This document shows, in pieces, positions 63,529 through 64,000 of a stretch of 64,000 bases of DNA. The stretch covers positions 34,968,001 to 35,032,000 of the forward strand of contig OX597831.1 of assembly GCA_951406725.2 (NCBI GenBank). Direction: 5' to 3'. The stretch comes from Octopus vulgaris (taxonomy: Eukaryota). The notes under the pieces are model-generated. The model ran no database searches and had not been told where the DNA came from. It worked only from the letters and a program-made list of their open reading frames with translations. The position numbers and the translations under genes are program-made. Every line of letters starts with the position of its first letter. Positions within the stretch are counted from its first letter, which is position 1.

Positions 63529-64000
63529 TATTATTATGGTGGTGAACTGGCAGTATCATTACAGCACCAGACAAAATATGTAGTGGCATTTTTTTTTTAG
63601 CTCTTTACATTCTGAGTTCTGAGTTATAGGTGCCCTACCCACCTATAAATCTTTGGTCTTGTACCAATGCTTGTAATTATCCCACTCAAAAACATGCCAA
63701 AACTATTATCTAATTAAGCCTTTTACTCATTCTGTGTATGAAAACAATCAATCAATCAAATTTTCCTTCTTCACAAAAAGCAATTAATAAAAAGTTATGG
63801 CACTAAGTGCTCTGCAAAGGTTGACAATATCATTAACTGTTAAGCAACTGGATTACAGGGTAAATTCCAGATTGCATTCAGTAAAGTGGCCCTCCCACTG
63901 AATAGTAAGAAGCTTTAACTAGCCACTTATCACAAGACCAGTAATGTATTGTGACCATCCCTCCAGACCTCTTTTACCATTACCACAACTGGTAAACTGT

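Overview
This is AT-rich, microsatellite-rich eukaryotic DNA. The repeat landscape suggests an octopus or other coleoid cephalopod (inference). It holds two convergent intron-rich genes. On + are the last 7 exons of CDC40/PRP17 (WD40 splicing factor; 7647-33833). On - is an uncharacterised gene of 11-13 exons (34520 to at least 55863, probably 62633) with a long low-complexity N-terminal part and a C-terminal EF-hand-containing domain. The introns are packed with mobile DNA: a decayed RTE LINE with a PHD finger inside its RT and a tandem pseudoknot-like 3' UTR array, a Dong/R4-type fragment, a BovB-like fragment, three or more SINE families, piggyBac/pogo/mariner MITEs, a Helitron and a large foldback element. 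The most notable element is a 5'-truncated but stop-free Penelope-like element (RT + GIY-YIG, probably Naiad-type) inserted into the microsatellite of a SINE. It carries a 126-bp terminal repeat and a hammerhead-like motif. Several further minimal type-I hammerhead motifs from unrelated families are scattered through the introns. Most short ORFs in the track are microsatellite or SINE artefacts.
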